A stretch of DNA of 64,000 nt from Chloracidobacterium sp. CP2_5A (GCA_002254845.1 NKPT01000005.1:31213-95212); one strand, 5' to 3'; counted from the first letter of the stretch, positions 9,001 to 18,140 are shown. The notes: generated by a model not told the origin, from the letters alone. Numbers and translations are program-made.

Positions 9001-10424
9001 GCGAAGTCCTGGTAGAAGAAATCAAACAGCGGGCGCGGCAGGTCGGACAAAACCGCCAGCCGCGCCGTATCCCCCATCGAGCCGAGCGGCTCCTTGCCTG
9101 TCGCGGCCATCGGCGCCAGGGCGAACTGGATGTCGTCATAGGCATAGCCGAAAGCCCGCGCCTGACGGGCCGCCGTCGGCGCGTTAGGCGCGGGGCTTTC
9201 CGGCAACCGCCGAGCGCGCGCGTCAAAGACCGCGCCGGCGACTTTGGCCTGCGCCCGCGGCTCGATGAAGCTGACGTTGCCGGAGCGCAAATCCACGACG
9301 ACGCCGGTTCCGGCATGGAGCGCGCCCTTGGCCCGCGTTTGGGCTTCGTCTATTGCAAAGGCTCCGGCCTCGGAAGCCAGGCAGAAAACGTCATTCGTTT
9401 CGACCCAGCGACCCGGACGGAAGCCGTTCCGGTCCAGGCGCGCGCCGACGACTTGTCCATCAGCGAAAGCGACAATCGCCGGACCGTCCCAAGGCTCGAG
9501 CGCCCTTCCCCAAAAGGCGTGATAGGGATCGCTTTCGGCGGGCGGCATCACGATGGCCAGCGCCTCGGCCAGGCTGAGCACGCCGCTCCGGTAGCGCAAC
9601 GCCTCAATCATTTCGTTGAGACTGCCCGTGTCGCTGATGCCCCCGTGGGTCAGCAACTCGCCGGCCTCAAGGCCTAGCGACCGCTCGCGCGAGTGCGCCC
9701 AGGCGCGATTCCCGGCAATCGTGTTGATTTCGCCGTTGTGGGCGATGAGACGGAACGGCTGCGCCCGATCCCACGCCGTCCGCGTGTTGGTGCTAAACCG
9801 CCGGTGAAAGAGCGCAAAGCGCGAAACGAAAGCCGGATGCTGCAAGTCAAGGTAAAAACGACTCAGATCCGCCGCCTGCGTCAGCGCCTTATAGACAATT
9901 GTCGTCGCCGAAAGGGACGCGAAGAAACAACTCGCGTCGAGGCCGCGCTTGCGCCATTGCTTGCGCGTCATCTGCTTAGCGACGTAAAGCAATCGCTCGA
10001 ACGTGGCCAGCGTGCGCGCCTGCGACGGCCGCTTGATAACCGCCTGCTTGAGCGTGGGCAGAAGCTGCCGGGCGACCGGACCCAGCACCGTCGGGTTGGT
10101 CGGCACGTCCCGGCTTTCCAAAACATGCAGGTCATGGAAGTCAAACGTGTCAGCGAGAACGTCGAAGGCCTGGGCGCTGCGGGAGGGATCGGAAGGCAGA
10201 AAGAGAAACGCGACGGCGACGCTTTCCGGCAGGTAGCCAAACAGCGCGTGCGGCAAATCCGTCATTAGCCCGGCCCCGTCGCTGGTGCGCCCGTCGGCGG
10301 CGCAGGCGCCGCGGTGTTCCACGCAACGCAACGCATGCAACGCCGCTTCGACGACGCCGCGTTCCGCCGCGCCTCGCCGCGAGGCTACAAAACCAACGCC
10401 ACAGCTCGACTTCTCAATGCGCAT
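6045..10424 (-). CDS. gltB: Glutamate synthase large (alpha) subunit
   Basis: 1459 aa. Amidotransferase Cys in 'SSCGVGFVAS', FMN-barrel 'SNSGEGGENP', and C-terminal GXGXG domain 'FTGSAGQGFGVFL'. Confidence 0.95.
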   Translation of the reverse strand: MRIEKSSCGVGFVASRRGAAERGVVEAALHALRCVEHRGACAADGRTSDGAGLMTDLPHALFGYLPESVAVAFLFLPSDPSRSAQAFDVLADTFDFHDLHVLESRDVPTNPTVLGPVARQLLPTLKQAVIKRPSQARTLATFERLLYVAKQMTRKQWRKRGLDASCFFASLSATTIVYKALTQAADLSRFYLDLQHPAFVSRFALFHRRFSTNTRTAWDRAQPFRLIAHNGEINTIAGNRAWAHSRERSLGLEAGELLTHGGISDTGSLNEMIEALRYRSGVLSLAEALAIVMPPAESDPYHAFWGRALEPWDGPAIVAFADGQVVGARLDRNGFRPGRWVETNDVFCLASEAGAFAIDEAQTRAKGALHAGTGVVVDLRSGNVSFIEPRAQAKVAGAVFDARARRLPESPAPNAPTAARQARAFGYAYDDIQFALAPMAATGKEPLGSMGDTARLAVLSDLPRPLFDFFYQDFAQVTNPPVDYLREALVMDTKVYLGAKPNIFAPKTLVPMPPAIELDGPVLSLSALASLRAALGTTRLGVHVAELDATFAVADGARGLRAALAELQRQALNLAEHGASALLVSDGKVSATRAPIPSLLALRAIVNGLNESGMLLDAALVLDTGEARAAHHVAALISFGAAAVCPRVALDCARFGRHPKLDDLPPDAREANLIKALTGGVLKIMAKMGISVLASYQNAQLFTPIGLGPKLLDEFFPGKESCLGGLELDDLAQRQLEIHASWLRAEADGSDALDLRGLPRYFRFKEDTQGAYGERHSMTTGRARVVHAFVRSAEPLPERYAEYVTLGAESEPVSPRHLLTIRSDVAPLSLEAVQPRAAILKAFGTGGMSFGAISAESQRDLILAMRKLGGRSNSGEGGENPYYFESGVTATIKQIGSARFGVTARYLVTGDEIQIKIAQGAKPGEGGQLMRHKVTPEIARARHATPDMDLISPPPMHDIYSIEDLKQLVEELKSLRPQARVSVKLVAGANVGTIAVGVAKSGADVIHIAGGDGGTGAAGLASMAHAGLPWEIGLAEAHRALCEEGLRGDVTLRVDGGLSTGLDVVLASVLGAEEFDFGKLALIAEGCIMARICETNQCPAGIATHDPKRKAKYAGDPNQVARLFEAIADDARQWLAKAGLPTLTAAIGRTDLLAPNPRHAERIAERRLDLSFFLAPPLPLPPPVGRAPFRVGELNERLLNDARASLLAGQAAYDGDYAITSFDRAVPATLAGWLARAAHEREFKSERESESGAAFIVNEPSVTLRFTGSAGQGFGVFLTDGIRLGLRGEANDSVGKGMSGGKIVIRPHPAWRDEAETNALIGNAALYGATGGTLYVGGFAGDRFAVRNSGATAVVHGVGLHACEYMTGGQVVILGPTSKNLGAGMTGGRIYIFGGAPATHVNWNFLAERTPTPDELAALRALLTDFMVEIESRAVGLLLEQWATSARQFVLYVPRPPDA

Positions 10425-10646
10425 GCGTCAGAACACAAAGCTTTCCGTCCGTTGGGGAGCGAGCCGGACACGCCATAAGGCGCGCGCTGAACGCGCGGCC
10501 GCCTTCAGCCTTTGGATTGTAGATGGGGGCGCGCTTGCAACGTTAACTAACCGACGCGCCGGGTCGCGCGGAAGCGGAAGCCGCTCCGCTCCTCCAGCGG
10601 CCATCCCAACCGCGCGAGCGATCCCGGACGCCCTCAAAACTGCCGC

Positions 10647-11651
10647 TTACGTCACGGTGAACAAGCAAATCGCGAAATAACGCCGCTCGTCCTGCCAAGC
10701 GGCTTTGGTCTTCCAGCCGGCGCGCGTCGCCATGGCTTGAAAGTCCTCGAGGTCGTACTTGTAGGAATCTTCCGTATGGATGGCTTCCCCCGCGGCAAAG
10801 CTGAATGCTTCATCGCCAATCCGAACGGTTTGGGACTGGGAGCTGACCAAATGCATCTCGACCCGTCCGTGAGTCGGATCGTAAAAGGCGCGGTGATCAA
10901 ACAGGCGGAGATCGAAATCAGCGTCGAGTTCCGCGTTGATGCGCCGGAGCAGGTTGAGATTGAAGGCCGCCGTGACGCCCTGACGGTCATTGTAAGCCGC
11001 GTCAATCACCGTCGGGTCCTTCCTCAAATCCACGCCGATCAGCAGCGCGCCATTTTCTCGCGCCACTTCCGCGGCGCGCCGGAGAAAGATCTCGGCCTCG
11101 TCCGGCGCGAAGTTTCCGATACTCGAGCCAGGGAAAAACACGACCCGCCGCCGATACGGAAATTCCTCGAAATCGGGAAACGCCATTTCCTGAGTGTAAT
11201 CCGCGCATACCGGCGTCACGCGCAGACAGGGATATTCCTGAGACAGCTCGGCCGCCACGGCCAGCAAATGCTCCTTTGAAATATCAACCGGCACATAGGC
11301 CGCGAGGGTCGGCAGTTGATCCAGCAAGACGCGCGTCTTGCGGCCGCTCCCGCTGCCATACTCAATCAGGAGCGCCTCGTCGCCAATCAGCGCCGCGATT
11401 TCGGCGGCATGCCGCTCAAGCAGGTCGGTTTCAATTCGCGTCAGGTAGTACTCTTCCAACTGGCAAATCTTGTCAAACAGCGCCGAGCCGCGCTGGTCGT
11501 AGAAAAATTTGGACGGAATGGCTTTGCGCGCCCGCCGCAGCCCAGCGATCACCTCTTGCCGAAAAGCCGCCGGCGTCGGGCGCAGGTCGTGAAACGACAC
11601 AATGTAGCCATAGGAAGACTGGGCTGCTTGGCTCGATCGGGGATGACTCAT
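10647..11651 (-). CDS. egtD: L-histidine N-alpha-methyltransferase (ergothioneine pathway)
   Basis: 'IPSKFFYDQRGSALFDKICQLEEYYLTRIE' and 'LIEYGSGSGRKT' SAM motif. Start at ATG 11651 overlaps the egtB stop (ATGA). The ORF-track start at 11864 is rejected. Confidence 0.9.
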   Translation of the reverse strand: MSHPRSSQAAQSSYGYIVSFHDLRPTPAAFRQEVIAGLRRARKAIPSKFFYDQRGSALFDKICQLEEYYLTRIETDLLERHAAEIAALIGDEALLIEYGSGSGRKTRVLLDQLPTLAAYVPVDISKEHLLAVAAELSQEYPCLRVTPVCADYTQEMAFPDFEEFPYRRRVVFFPGSSIGNFAPDEAEIFLRRAAEVARENGALLIGVDLRKDPTVIDAAYNDRQGVTAAFNLNLLRRINAELDADFDLRLFDHRAFYDPTHGRVEMHLVSSQSQTVRIGDEAFSFAAGEAIHTEDSYKYDLEDFQAMATRAGWKTKAAWQDERRYFAICLFTVT

Positions 11652-12955
11652 GACATATCCTCCGCCAGCCGAACGCCGGAGAACTGCCACCGCGCATCCG
11701 GAGGGAAAAAATTTCGATAGGTTGAGCGCAGGTGCGTCGCTGACGTGGCGCACGACCCGCCGCGCAGCGCCATCTGGTTGCACATGAACTTGCCATTGTA
11801 TTCGCCCAGCGCCCCCGCCACAGGGCGAAACCCCGGATAAGCGGCGTAGGCGCTCGCCGTCCAAACCCAGACATCGCCGTAAAAAGGCGCGTTGGCTGGC
11901 TGCGGCAACGGATGCAGCGCGCCGGATTCATAAAAATTGCCTGCAATGGGCGACTCGCGCGCCGCGACTTCCCATTCGGCTTCGGTCGGGAGCCGCTTTC
12001 CGGCCCAGCGCGCATAGGCATCCGCCTCGTAAAAGCTGATATGGCACACCGGCTCGTCCAGCTTGACCGGCTGAAGGCCGCGCAGGGTCATGGCCTGCCA
12101 GTCGCCATCCTCGGCTTGCCGCCAGTAAAGCGGCGCGCGCCACCCGCGCGCGGTCACGGTCGCCCAGCCGTCGGAAAGCCACAGTTCCGGCCGCCGGTAA
12201 CCGTCATCCGCCATAAAGGCCAGAAAGTCCCCGTTGGTGACCAGCCGCTCGGCAATCCGAAATGGACTCAGCCAGACGTCGTGGCGCGGCCCTTCATTGT
12301 CGAAGGCAAAGCCGACGCCATCGTGACCAATCGACTGCTTGCCGCCTTCAACCGCGCGCCAGCCGCCCGCCGAACGGCTCGGCGACGGCGTGGCCGCAAA
12401 GCCTGACGCGGACGGCGGCAGATACGCTGGGTCGAGCGGACTGGACGCTAGAATCGCCTTGATGTCGGTCAGCAGCAGCTCCTGATGTTGCTGCTCATGG
12501 TGCAGCCCCAGTTCCAAAACAGGCTGGACCGCCGCCCAAGCCGTGGCGTCCCAGCGAGCGATGAAGCGCTCGATGGCGGCATCCGTATGGGCGCGATAGG
12601 CGTAAACCTCGCGGACGGTCGGGCGGGTCGCGAGCCCCCGCTGGGAGCGCGGGTGGCGCTCCCCAACGGCTTCGTAGTACGAGTTGAACAGATAGTCGTA
12701 GCGCGGATGAAACGGCTGGTAGCCGCTTGCATGGGGCTTGAGGACGAACGTTTCAAAAAACCAGCTCGTGTGCGCCAAGTGCCACTTCGGCGGGCTGACA
12801 TCCGGCATGGGCTGAACGACGTAGTCTTCAGTTTCCAGCGGACGGCAAATCGCTTCCGAGACAGCGCGAACAGCGCGGTAGCGCGCAACCCAGGCCTCTC
12901 GATCGGCAGCTTGTTGATCGCGGTCGGGCTCAGGTCGGGTACGGGCAGCTTCCAT
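11648..12955 (-). CDS. egtB: Ergothioneine sulfoxide synthase (DinB-like plus FGE-sulfatase domains)
   Basis: 435 aa. DinB-like 'WHLAHTSWFFE', 'HHEQQHQELL', C-terminal FGE-type 'YARWAGKRLPTEAEWEVAA' and 'LRGGSCAT'. Tyr93-Tyr94 are encoded at 12674-12679. Confidence 0.9.
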   Translation of the reverse strand: MEAARTRPEPDRDQQAADREAWVARYRAVRAVSEAICRPLETEDYVVQPMPDVSPPKWHLAHTSWFFETFVLKPHASGYQPFHPRYDYLFNSYYEAVGERHPRSQRGLATRPTVREVYAYRAHTDAAIERFIARWDATAWAAVQPVLELGLHHEQQHQELLLTDIKAILASSPLDPAYLPPSASGFAATPSPSRSAGGWRAVEGGKQSIGHDGVGFAFDNEGPRHDVWLSPFRIAERLVTNGDFLAFMADDGYRRPELWLSDGWATVTARGWRAPLYWRQAEDGDWQAMTLRGLQPVKLDEPVCHISFYEADAYARWAGKRLPTEAEWEVAARESPIAGNFYESGALHPLPQPANAPFYGDVWVWTASAYAAYPGFRPVAGALGEYNGKFMCNQMALRGGSCATSATHLRSTYRNFFPPDARWQFSGVRLAEDMS

Positions 12956-13355
12956 ATCGCTTTTCGAGGCTTGGCGCGCGCGCCTTGCAAAGCCTTGTGA
13001 TCTACGCGCCCTAGCGAAATTGCTTTGATTCTAGGTCGTCATCCTCGCCACCATAGCATCCGGCAGGCCGCTGAGGAAACCTCTGCCTGGGCCGGCCGCT
13101 TTCCTTCAAGAAGCAAGGTTGGATTGCTCAAAAGGCTTTTTCACGGACCGGCCAACGAAGCCGTCAAGTCCCGCTCAGTCGCGGCGGCGGAACGCTGTCG
13201 CCGAAACAGCCACCGCAGCGCCAATTCGAAGCTCTGCGCCAACCAGCCCAGCCAGAAAAGTTGTCCGATGAGCGGCGCGAAAAACGCCTAGCGCGCTTCT
13301 CGCGTTGATGTGGCGAGACGCCGCCTTGCGAAACCGCGTCGGTCGCGGGCTATCG

Positions 13356-13526
13356 CTACGCTAACTCGGAAAGCTCGCCAAAATTTCTGACACCCCTGGC
13401 GAAGTTGCCGATGCCGCCTAGGACCGCGGCGACAAACGCCTCGAGACTCATCGCGACGCCGCCCCGGGGATCAAGCTTTGGTACCGCAGCGCCACGCGTA
13501 CGCCGTTGGAAAAGGTCTTGAAACAT
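13356..13526 (-). pseudogene. Relic of the C-terminal part of a LivH-type branched-chain amino-acid ABC permease
   Basis: The 56-codon minus-strand frame (too short for the ORF track) reads 'GAAVPKLDPRGGVAMSLEAFVAAVLGGIGNFARGVRNFGELSELA*'. This matches the LivH signature '..G..glKAFxAAVLGGiGsxxGA..GG..lG..E'. There is no upstream permease body. A shifted frame further downstream reads 'ALGVFRAA', resembling a LivH tail. Confidence 0.5.
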
Positions 13527-13548
13527 TTAGTAGGATAACGCTCGCCGT

Positions 13549-13576
13549 ATCCTTTCTGAAAGATCCTTTCTGAAAG
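13549..13576. repeat. Perfect 14-nt tandem duplication (atcctttctgaaag x2)
   Basis: Read directly: 13549-13562 equals 13563-13576. Intergenic. Confidence 0.9.
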
Positions 13577-13775
13577 CGCGCAGGGGGACTCCGCAAAGCG
13601 TTTGGCTTTCGCTCAAGCCTACGCGGCGGACGCTTGCCACGAGAAGCAGCTTTCACTTTCGCGGAAAGGGGTCCGGCGCTCTCAATGTCTTGCCACGCGC
13701 TGAACCGCGTCGCGCAACCGGCGCTTTACGCCCGCCGGTCCGCTCGCGGCCCTCTTAGGAGTTTTGGGAAACGTC

Positions 13776-15710
13776 ATGATGGCATATCCGACATCGCGGC
13801 GACGGACGCCGTGGCTCGTTATCATTTGTTTCGCGCTGGCTGGCGGGTCGGCGTTCGGACTGGCGGCCGCTTGGTCGCAGGGCGCGACGGCGGCGCGGCA
13901 AGCCGGGGCTTCGGCGTCTGACGCCTTTGACGTCGCCGCGCGCTACGTCAAAACCGAAGCCCGCATCCCGATGCGCGACGGCGTCAAGCTTTTCACAAGC
14001 ATCTACGCGCCGCGCGATACGTCGCGCGCCTATCCCATCATGCTCAACCGCACGCCCTATAGCTGCGCGCCTTATGGCGAGGGTTATCGGCAGCGGATTG
14101 GCCCATCGGATGAGATGATGCGCGATGGCTATATTTTCGTATTTCAGGACGCGCGCGGGCGCTACATGTCGGAAGGCGAGTTCGTCAACCTGCGTCCGCA
14201 CAACCCCAACAAGCGCGGTCAGGACATTGACGAATCCTCCGACACCTACGACACCATCGAGTGGCTGCTCAAAAACATCCCGAACCACAACGGGCGCGTC
14301 GGCATGTGGGGCATTTCGTATCCCGGCTTTTACGCCGCCGCCGGCATGATTGACGCGCACCCGGCGCTCAAGGCCGTCTCGCCGCAAGCCCCTATCGCCG
14401 ACTGGTTCATCGGCGACGACATGCACCACAACGGCGCGTTCTTTTTGATTGACTCGTTTACGTTTTTTTCATCGTTCGGTCAGGCGCGGCCCGAACCGAC
14501 CACGAAAAGCCCGCCCGGCTTTCGCTTCCCAACGCCCGACGCGTACCAGTTTTTTCTCGACGTCGGCTCGCTGCGCAACATCGAGGAACGCTACTTCAAA
14601 GGCGGCGTCCAGTTCTGGACGGAAATGGCGGCGCATCCGAACTACGACGCCTTCTGGCAATCGCGCAACCTTGTACCGCACATGAACCGCGTCGCGCCGG
14701 CGGTTTTGTTTGTCGGCGGCTGGTTCGACGCCGAAGACTTGTATGGGCCGCTCAAGCTCTACGCCAGCGTCGAGCAACGCAACCCGAACGTCCGCAACGC
14801 GCTTGTCATGGGTCCGTGGTCGCACGGCGGCTGGGCGCGCAGCGACGGGCGCCATCTCGGGCCAATTGATTTCGGACAGCCGACGGCGGAGTTTTACCGC
14901 CGCGAAATTGAGGCGAAGTTTTTCGCGCGCCACCTCAAGGACGCGCCCGATCCGGAACTCCCGGAAGCCTATATTTTTCAAACCGGCTCAAACGAATGGC
15001 GGCGCTACGCGCAGTATCCGCCGGCGGGGTTGAAGCCGGCCAAGCTGTACTTCCACGCCAACGGTCGTCTCTCGCTCGAGCCGCCGGCGTCGCCGTCCGG
15101 GGCGGATGAGTACACGAGCGATCCGCGGACCCCCGTGCCGTACACCAACCAGATTACCAATCGGCGCGGGATTACCTACATGATTGAAGACCAGCGATTT
15201 GCGGCGGCGCGCCCGGACGTCTTGACCTACGTGACCGAGCCGCTGACCGCGCCGGTCACGCTGACGGGGCCGCTGGAAGCGGAGCTGTTTGTGACAACAA
15301 CCGGCACGGACGCCGATTTTGTCGTCAAGCTCATTGACGTCTTCCCGGACGATACGCCCGATCCGGAAGGGCTGCCGCCGAGCATCCACCTGGGCGGCTA
15401 CCAGATGCTCGTGCGGGCTGAAGTCATGCGGGCGAAGTTTCGGAAGGGCTTTGAGCGTCCAGTCCCGCTCCGGCCTGGACAGATCGAGCGAATCGCCTTC
15501 GCGCTGCAAGACGTTGACCACTGCTTCAAGCCGGGACACCGCATCATGGCGCAGGTGCAGAGCTCCTGGTTTCCGCTCGTGGATCGCAATCCGCAGGCTT
15601 TTCTGGAAAATATCTTTCAGGCGCGCGAGAGCGACTTTCAGCGGGCGACGCACCGCATTCACCGGAGCGCGCGGCATGCGTCCGGCGTTCGGGTCAACCT
15701 CGCGCCGTGA
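13776..15710 (+). CDS. Secreted CocE/NonD-family hydrolase / X-Pro dipeptidyl-peptidase (S15)
   Basis: Signal peptide 'WLVIICFALAGGSAFGLAAA', nucleophile motif 'MWGISYPGFYAA', and a long C-terminal PepX_C-like beta domain. AGGAG lies 13 nt upstream of ATG 13776. Confidence 0.85.
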   Translation: MMAYPTSRRRTPWLVIICFALAGGSAFGLAAAWSQGATAARQAGASASDAFDVAARYVKTEARIPMRDGVKLFTSIYAPRDTSRAYPIMLNRTPYSCAPYGEGYRQRIGPSDEMMRDGYIFVFQDARGRYMSEGEFVNLRPHNPNKRGQDIDESSDTYDTIEWLLKNIPNHNGRVGMWGISYPGFYAAAGMIDAHPALKAVSPQAPIADWFIGDDMHHNGAFFLIDSFTFFSSFGQARPEPTTKSPPGFRFPTPDAYQFFLDVGSLRNIEERYFKGGVQFWTEMAAHPNYDAFWQSRNLVPHMNRVAPAVLFVGGWFDAEDLYGPLKLYASVEQRNPNVRNALVMGPWSHGGWARSDGRHLGPIDFGQPTAEFYRREIEAKFFARHLKDAPDPELPEAYIFQTGSNEWRRYAQYPPAGLKPAKLYFHANGRLSLEPPASPSGADEYTSDPRTPVPYTNQITNRRGITYMIEDQRFAAARPDVLTYVTEPLTAPVTLTGPLEAELFVTTTGTDADFVVKLIDVFPDDTPDPEGLPPSIHLGGYQMLVRAEVMRAKFRKGFERPVPLRPGQIERIAFALQDVDHCFKPGHRIMAQVQSSWFPLVDRNPQAFLENIFQARESDFQRATHRIHRSARHASGVRVNLAP

Positions 15711-15853
15711 AGCCGTCCCGCGCAAGGGGCGTTCAGAGCGCAAGCGCCTGAGTTATGTCGTCGAGGCCGAATGCGGCGACCTCCATACGAGGTGAAAAAG
15801 TACGTCCGCCCGCGCCACACAGGGCCGCCGAGCGCTCATCACTTGGCGACCTC

Positions 15854-15875
15854 CTCTTTACGCGCTCTTTACGCG
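15854..15875. repeat. Perfect 11-nt tandem duplication (ctctttacgcg x2)
   Basis: Read directly. Intergenic, between the two peptidase genes. Confidence 0.9.
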
Positions 15876-16040
15876 CCAGCGCGCGCTTGGCGCCAGGTCG
15901 ACGCTGGCGGATTCTCGCTTTTACATGGGCAAGGTCTTGTGAAACATGCGGTTTGCGAGCCGGGCGGTCAGACTCGCCGGCGCCGCGCCTGAACGCCCCC
16001 CCGCCTCGCCCATCGCTCCTACATAGGCCCATCGCTTCTT

Positions 16041-18140
16041 ATGGATCGCTTTACACATCGCTTACCCGCTCGCCTGCTCGCCGCCGGACTGTGTCTCTTC
16101 GCCTTGCTCGGCGGAGGAGGTCGCCTTGCGGCCGCGGGCGGCATTGCCGCCGAAAGCCGCGGCGAAAACAATTCGTCGCTGTCCGCGCTTGAAAGCCGGC
16201 TCCTGACATCGCCATCTCCCGAGCGCGCGCGCCAGAGTTTGCGAAAGCTGACAGCTAAGCCGCACTTGGCCGGCACGCCGGAAGACTACGCCACGGCGCT
16301 TTACGTCCGCGATGAAATGGCTAAAGCCGGCTTTCAAACGGAGTTGGTCGAGTATGAGGTCTATTTGCCGCGCCCGAAGTCGCGGCGGGTGGAAATGACC
16401 GCCCCAACCAAGTATCGCTGCGCGCTGACTGAGCCGGCGCTCCCCGACGACCCTGACTCCGCATCCCCGCTGGCCGTCCCAACCTTTGCCGCTTGGTCGC
16501 CGTCAGGCAAGGTTGAAGCGCCGGTCGTCTATGTCAACTATGGGCTGCCGCGCGATTACGAAATCCTGGAGCGGCTTGGCGTCAGCGTCCGGGGCAAGAT
16601 CGCCCTCGCTCGGTATGGCGAATGTTACCGCGGCGTCAAGGCGCAAGTCGCCCAGGAGCGCGGCGCGGTCGGGCTGCTGGTTTACTCCGACCCGAAGGAC
16701 GACGGCTACGCGCAGGGGAAAGCCTACCCTGACGGACCGTGGCGGGCGGATAACTGCGTCCAGCGCGGCAGCTACCGCGCCTTCACGCAACCGCCGGGCG
16801 ACCCGCTCACGCCCGGTCGTCCGGCGAAGAAGGGCGTTCCGCGACTGAAACCCAAGGATGCGGGACTGCCGACCATTCCCATTCAGCCGCTATCGTACCG
16901 CGACGCGCTGCCAATTCTCGAAAGCCTGCGCGGCCCGGATGCTCCCAAAGACTGGATCGGCGGGCTGCCGATTACGTACCACGTCGGCGGCGGCGAAACC
17001 CGCGTCCGCATCGCGCTCGACATGGACTACCAGCAGCGAACGATTTGGAATGTCATCGGCACGCTGCCCGGCGGCGACTTCCCCGACGAGTGGATTCTGC
17101 TGGGCAACCACCGGGACGCCTGGGTGTATGGCGCGGTGGACCCCTCCAGCGGCACGACGGCCCTGCTCGAAGTCGCGCGCGCCTTTGGCGAGCTGCTCAA
17201 GGAGGGCTGGAAGCCGCGCCGCTCGATCAAGCTCTGTAGCTGGGACGCCGAGGAATACGGACTCATCGGCTCGACCGAGTGGGTTGAGGAAAACCTCGCC
17301 GAGCTGCGCGAAAAGGCGGTTTGCTATCTCAACGTGGATAGCGCCGTCAGCGGCGACAACTTCCGCGCCGGAGCCGTGCCGAGCCTGTGGGCGGTGACCA
17401 AATCCGTCTTGCGGGACGCGCTTGATTCGAGCGGAACGCGCAGTCTTTACGACAATTGGCGAGCGCAGGACACAAGCGCGACGGAAGTTCGCTTTGGGAA
17501 GCTGGGCAGCGGGTCTGATTACGCGCCGTTCCTGCAACTGGCCGGGGTCGCCTGCCTGGACATGGCTTCGACAGGCAGCTACGGCGTCTATCACTCGGCC
17601 TACGACAGCTTTCGCTGGATGGAAAAATTCGGCGACCCGGATTTTACCCGCCACGCCGCCATAGCGCGCGGCTGGGCGCTGCTGGCGTTTCGACTTTCGG
17701 AGTCCGCGCGAGTCGAGCTCAACGTGTTGGATTACGCCCGCGAGATCGAGCGTCTGGCGCAGGAGCTGGCCCGCGAATACCCGACGCTGGACGCCGCCGC
17801 GCTACTTGAGGCCGCCCGCGACTTGACCATTGCCGCCGAGACGTTTGAAACCGAGCCGGACACGAAGGCGACGCTGGTCGCGCGAAATCGCCTGCGTCGT
17901 CAGTTTGAAGGCTTCCTGCTGACCCCGGACGGGCTGCCGAAACGCTACGATGCGCGGCATGTGGTCTATGCGCCGGGCGTTTTCTCGGGCTACGGCGCGG
18001 AAGTCTTCTCCGGCGCGCGCTATGCGTTGTCTCGTAACGATGCCGCCGACATCGCGCGGGCGATGGCGCAGATTGTCGCCGCGCTCAGACAAGCCGCCCG
18101 CGCGCTTCAGGGCGTCCAGACCGGCGACGCCGCGCCATAA
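16041..18140 (+). CDS. M28-family peptidase with PA and transferrin-receptor-like dimerisation domains (glutamate carboxypeptidase II-like)
   Basis: Signal peptide. Zn ligand motifs 'GNHRDAWVYGAVDPSSG' and 'SWDAEEYGLIGSTEW'. 'GSGSDYAPF' and 'YHSAYDS' are typical of PSMA/NAALADase-like M28B enzymes. Confidence 0.85.
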   Translation: MDRFTHRLPARLLAAGLCLFALLGGGGRLAAAGGIAAESRGENNSSLSALESRLLTSPSPERARQSLRKLTAKPHLAGTPEDYATALYVRDEMAKAGFQTELVEYEVYLPRPKSRRVEMTAPTKYRCALTEPALPDDPDSASPLAVPTFAAWSPSGKVEAPVVYVNYGLPRDYEILERLGVSVRGKIALARYGECYRGVKAQVAQERGAVGLLVYSDPKDDGYAQGKAYPDGPWRADNCVQRGSYRAFTQPPGDPLTPGRPAKKGVPRLKPKDAGLPTIPIQPLSYRDALPILESLRGPDAPKDWIGGLPITYHVGGGETRVRIALDMDYQQRTIWNVIGTLPGGDFPDEWILLGNHRDAWVYGAVDPSSGTTALLEVARAFGELLKEGWKPRRSIKLCSWDAEEYGLIGSTEWVEENLAELREKAVCYLNVDSAVSGDNFRAGAVPSLWAVTKSVLRDALDSSGTRSLYDNWRAQDTSATEVRFGKLGSGSDYAPFLQLAGVACLDMASTGSYGVYHSAYDSFRWMEKFGDPDFTRHAAIARGWALLAFRLSESARVELNVLDYAREIERLAQELAREYPTLDAAALLEAARDLTIAAETFETEPDTKATLVARNRLRRQFEGFLLTPDGLPKRYDARHVVYAPGVFSGYGAEVFSGARYALSRNDAADIARAMAQIVAALRQAARALQGVQTGDAAP

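Noticed and set aside
13025-13291. 88-aa plus-strand ORF in the egtB upstream spacer
   Set aside because: It has no motif, a basic low-complexity composition and no ribosome-binding site. The region is better explained as decayed transporter DNA on the other strand.
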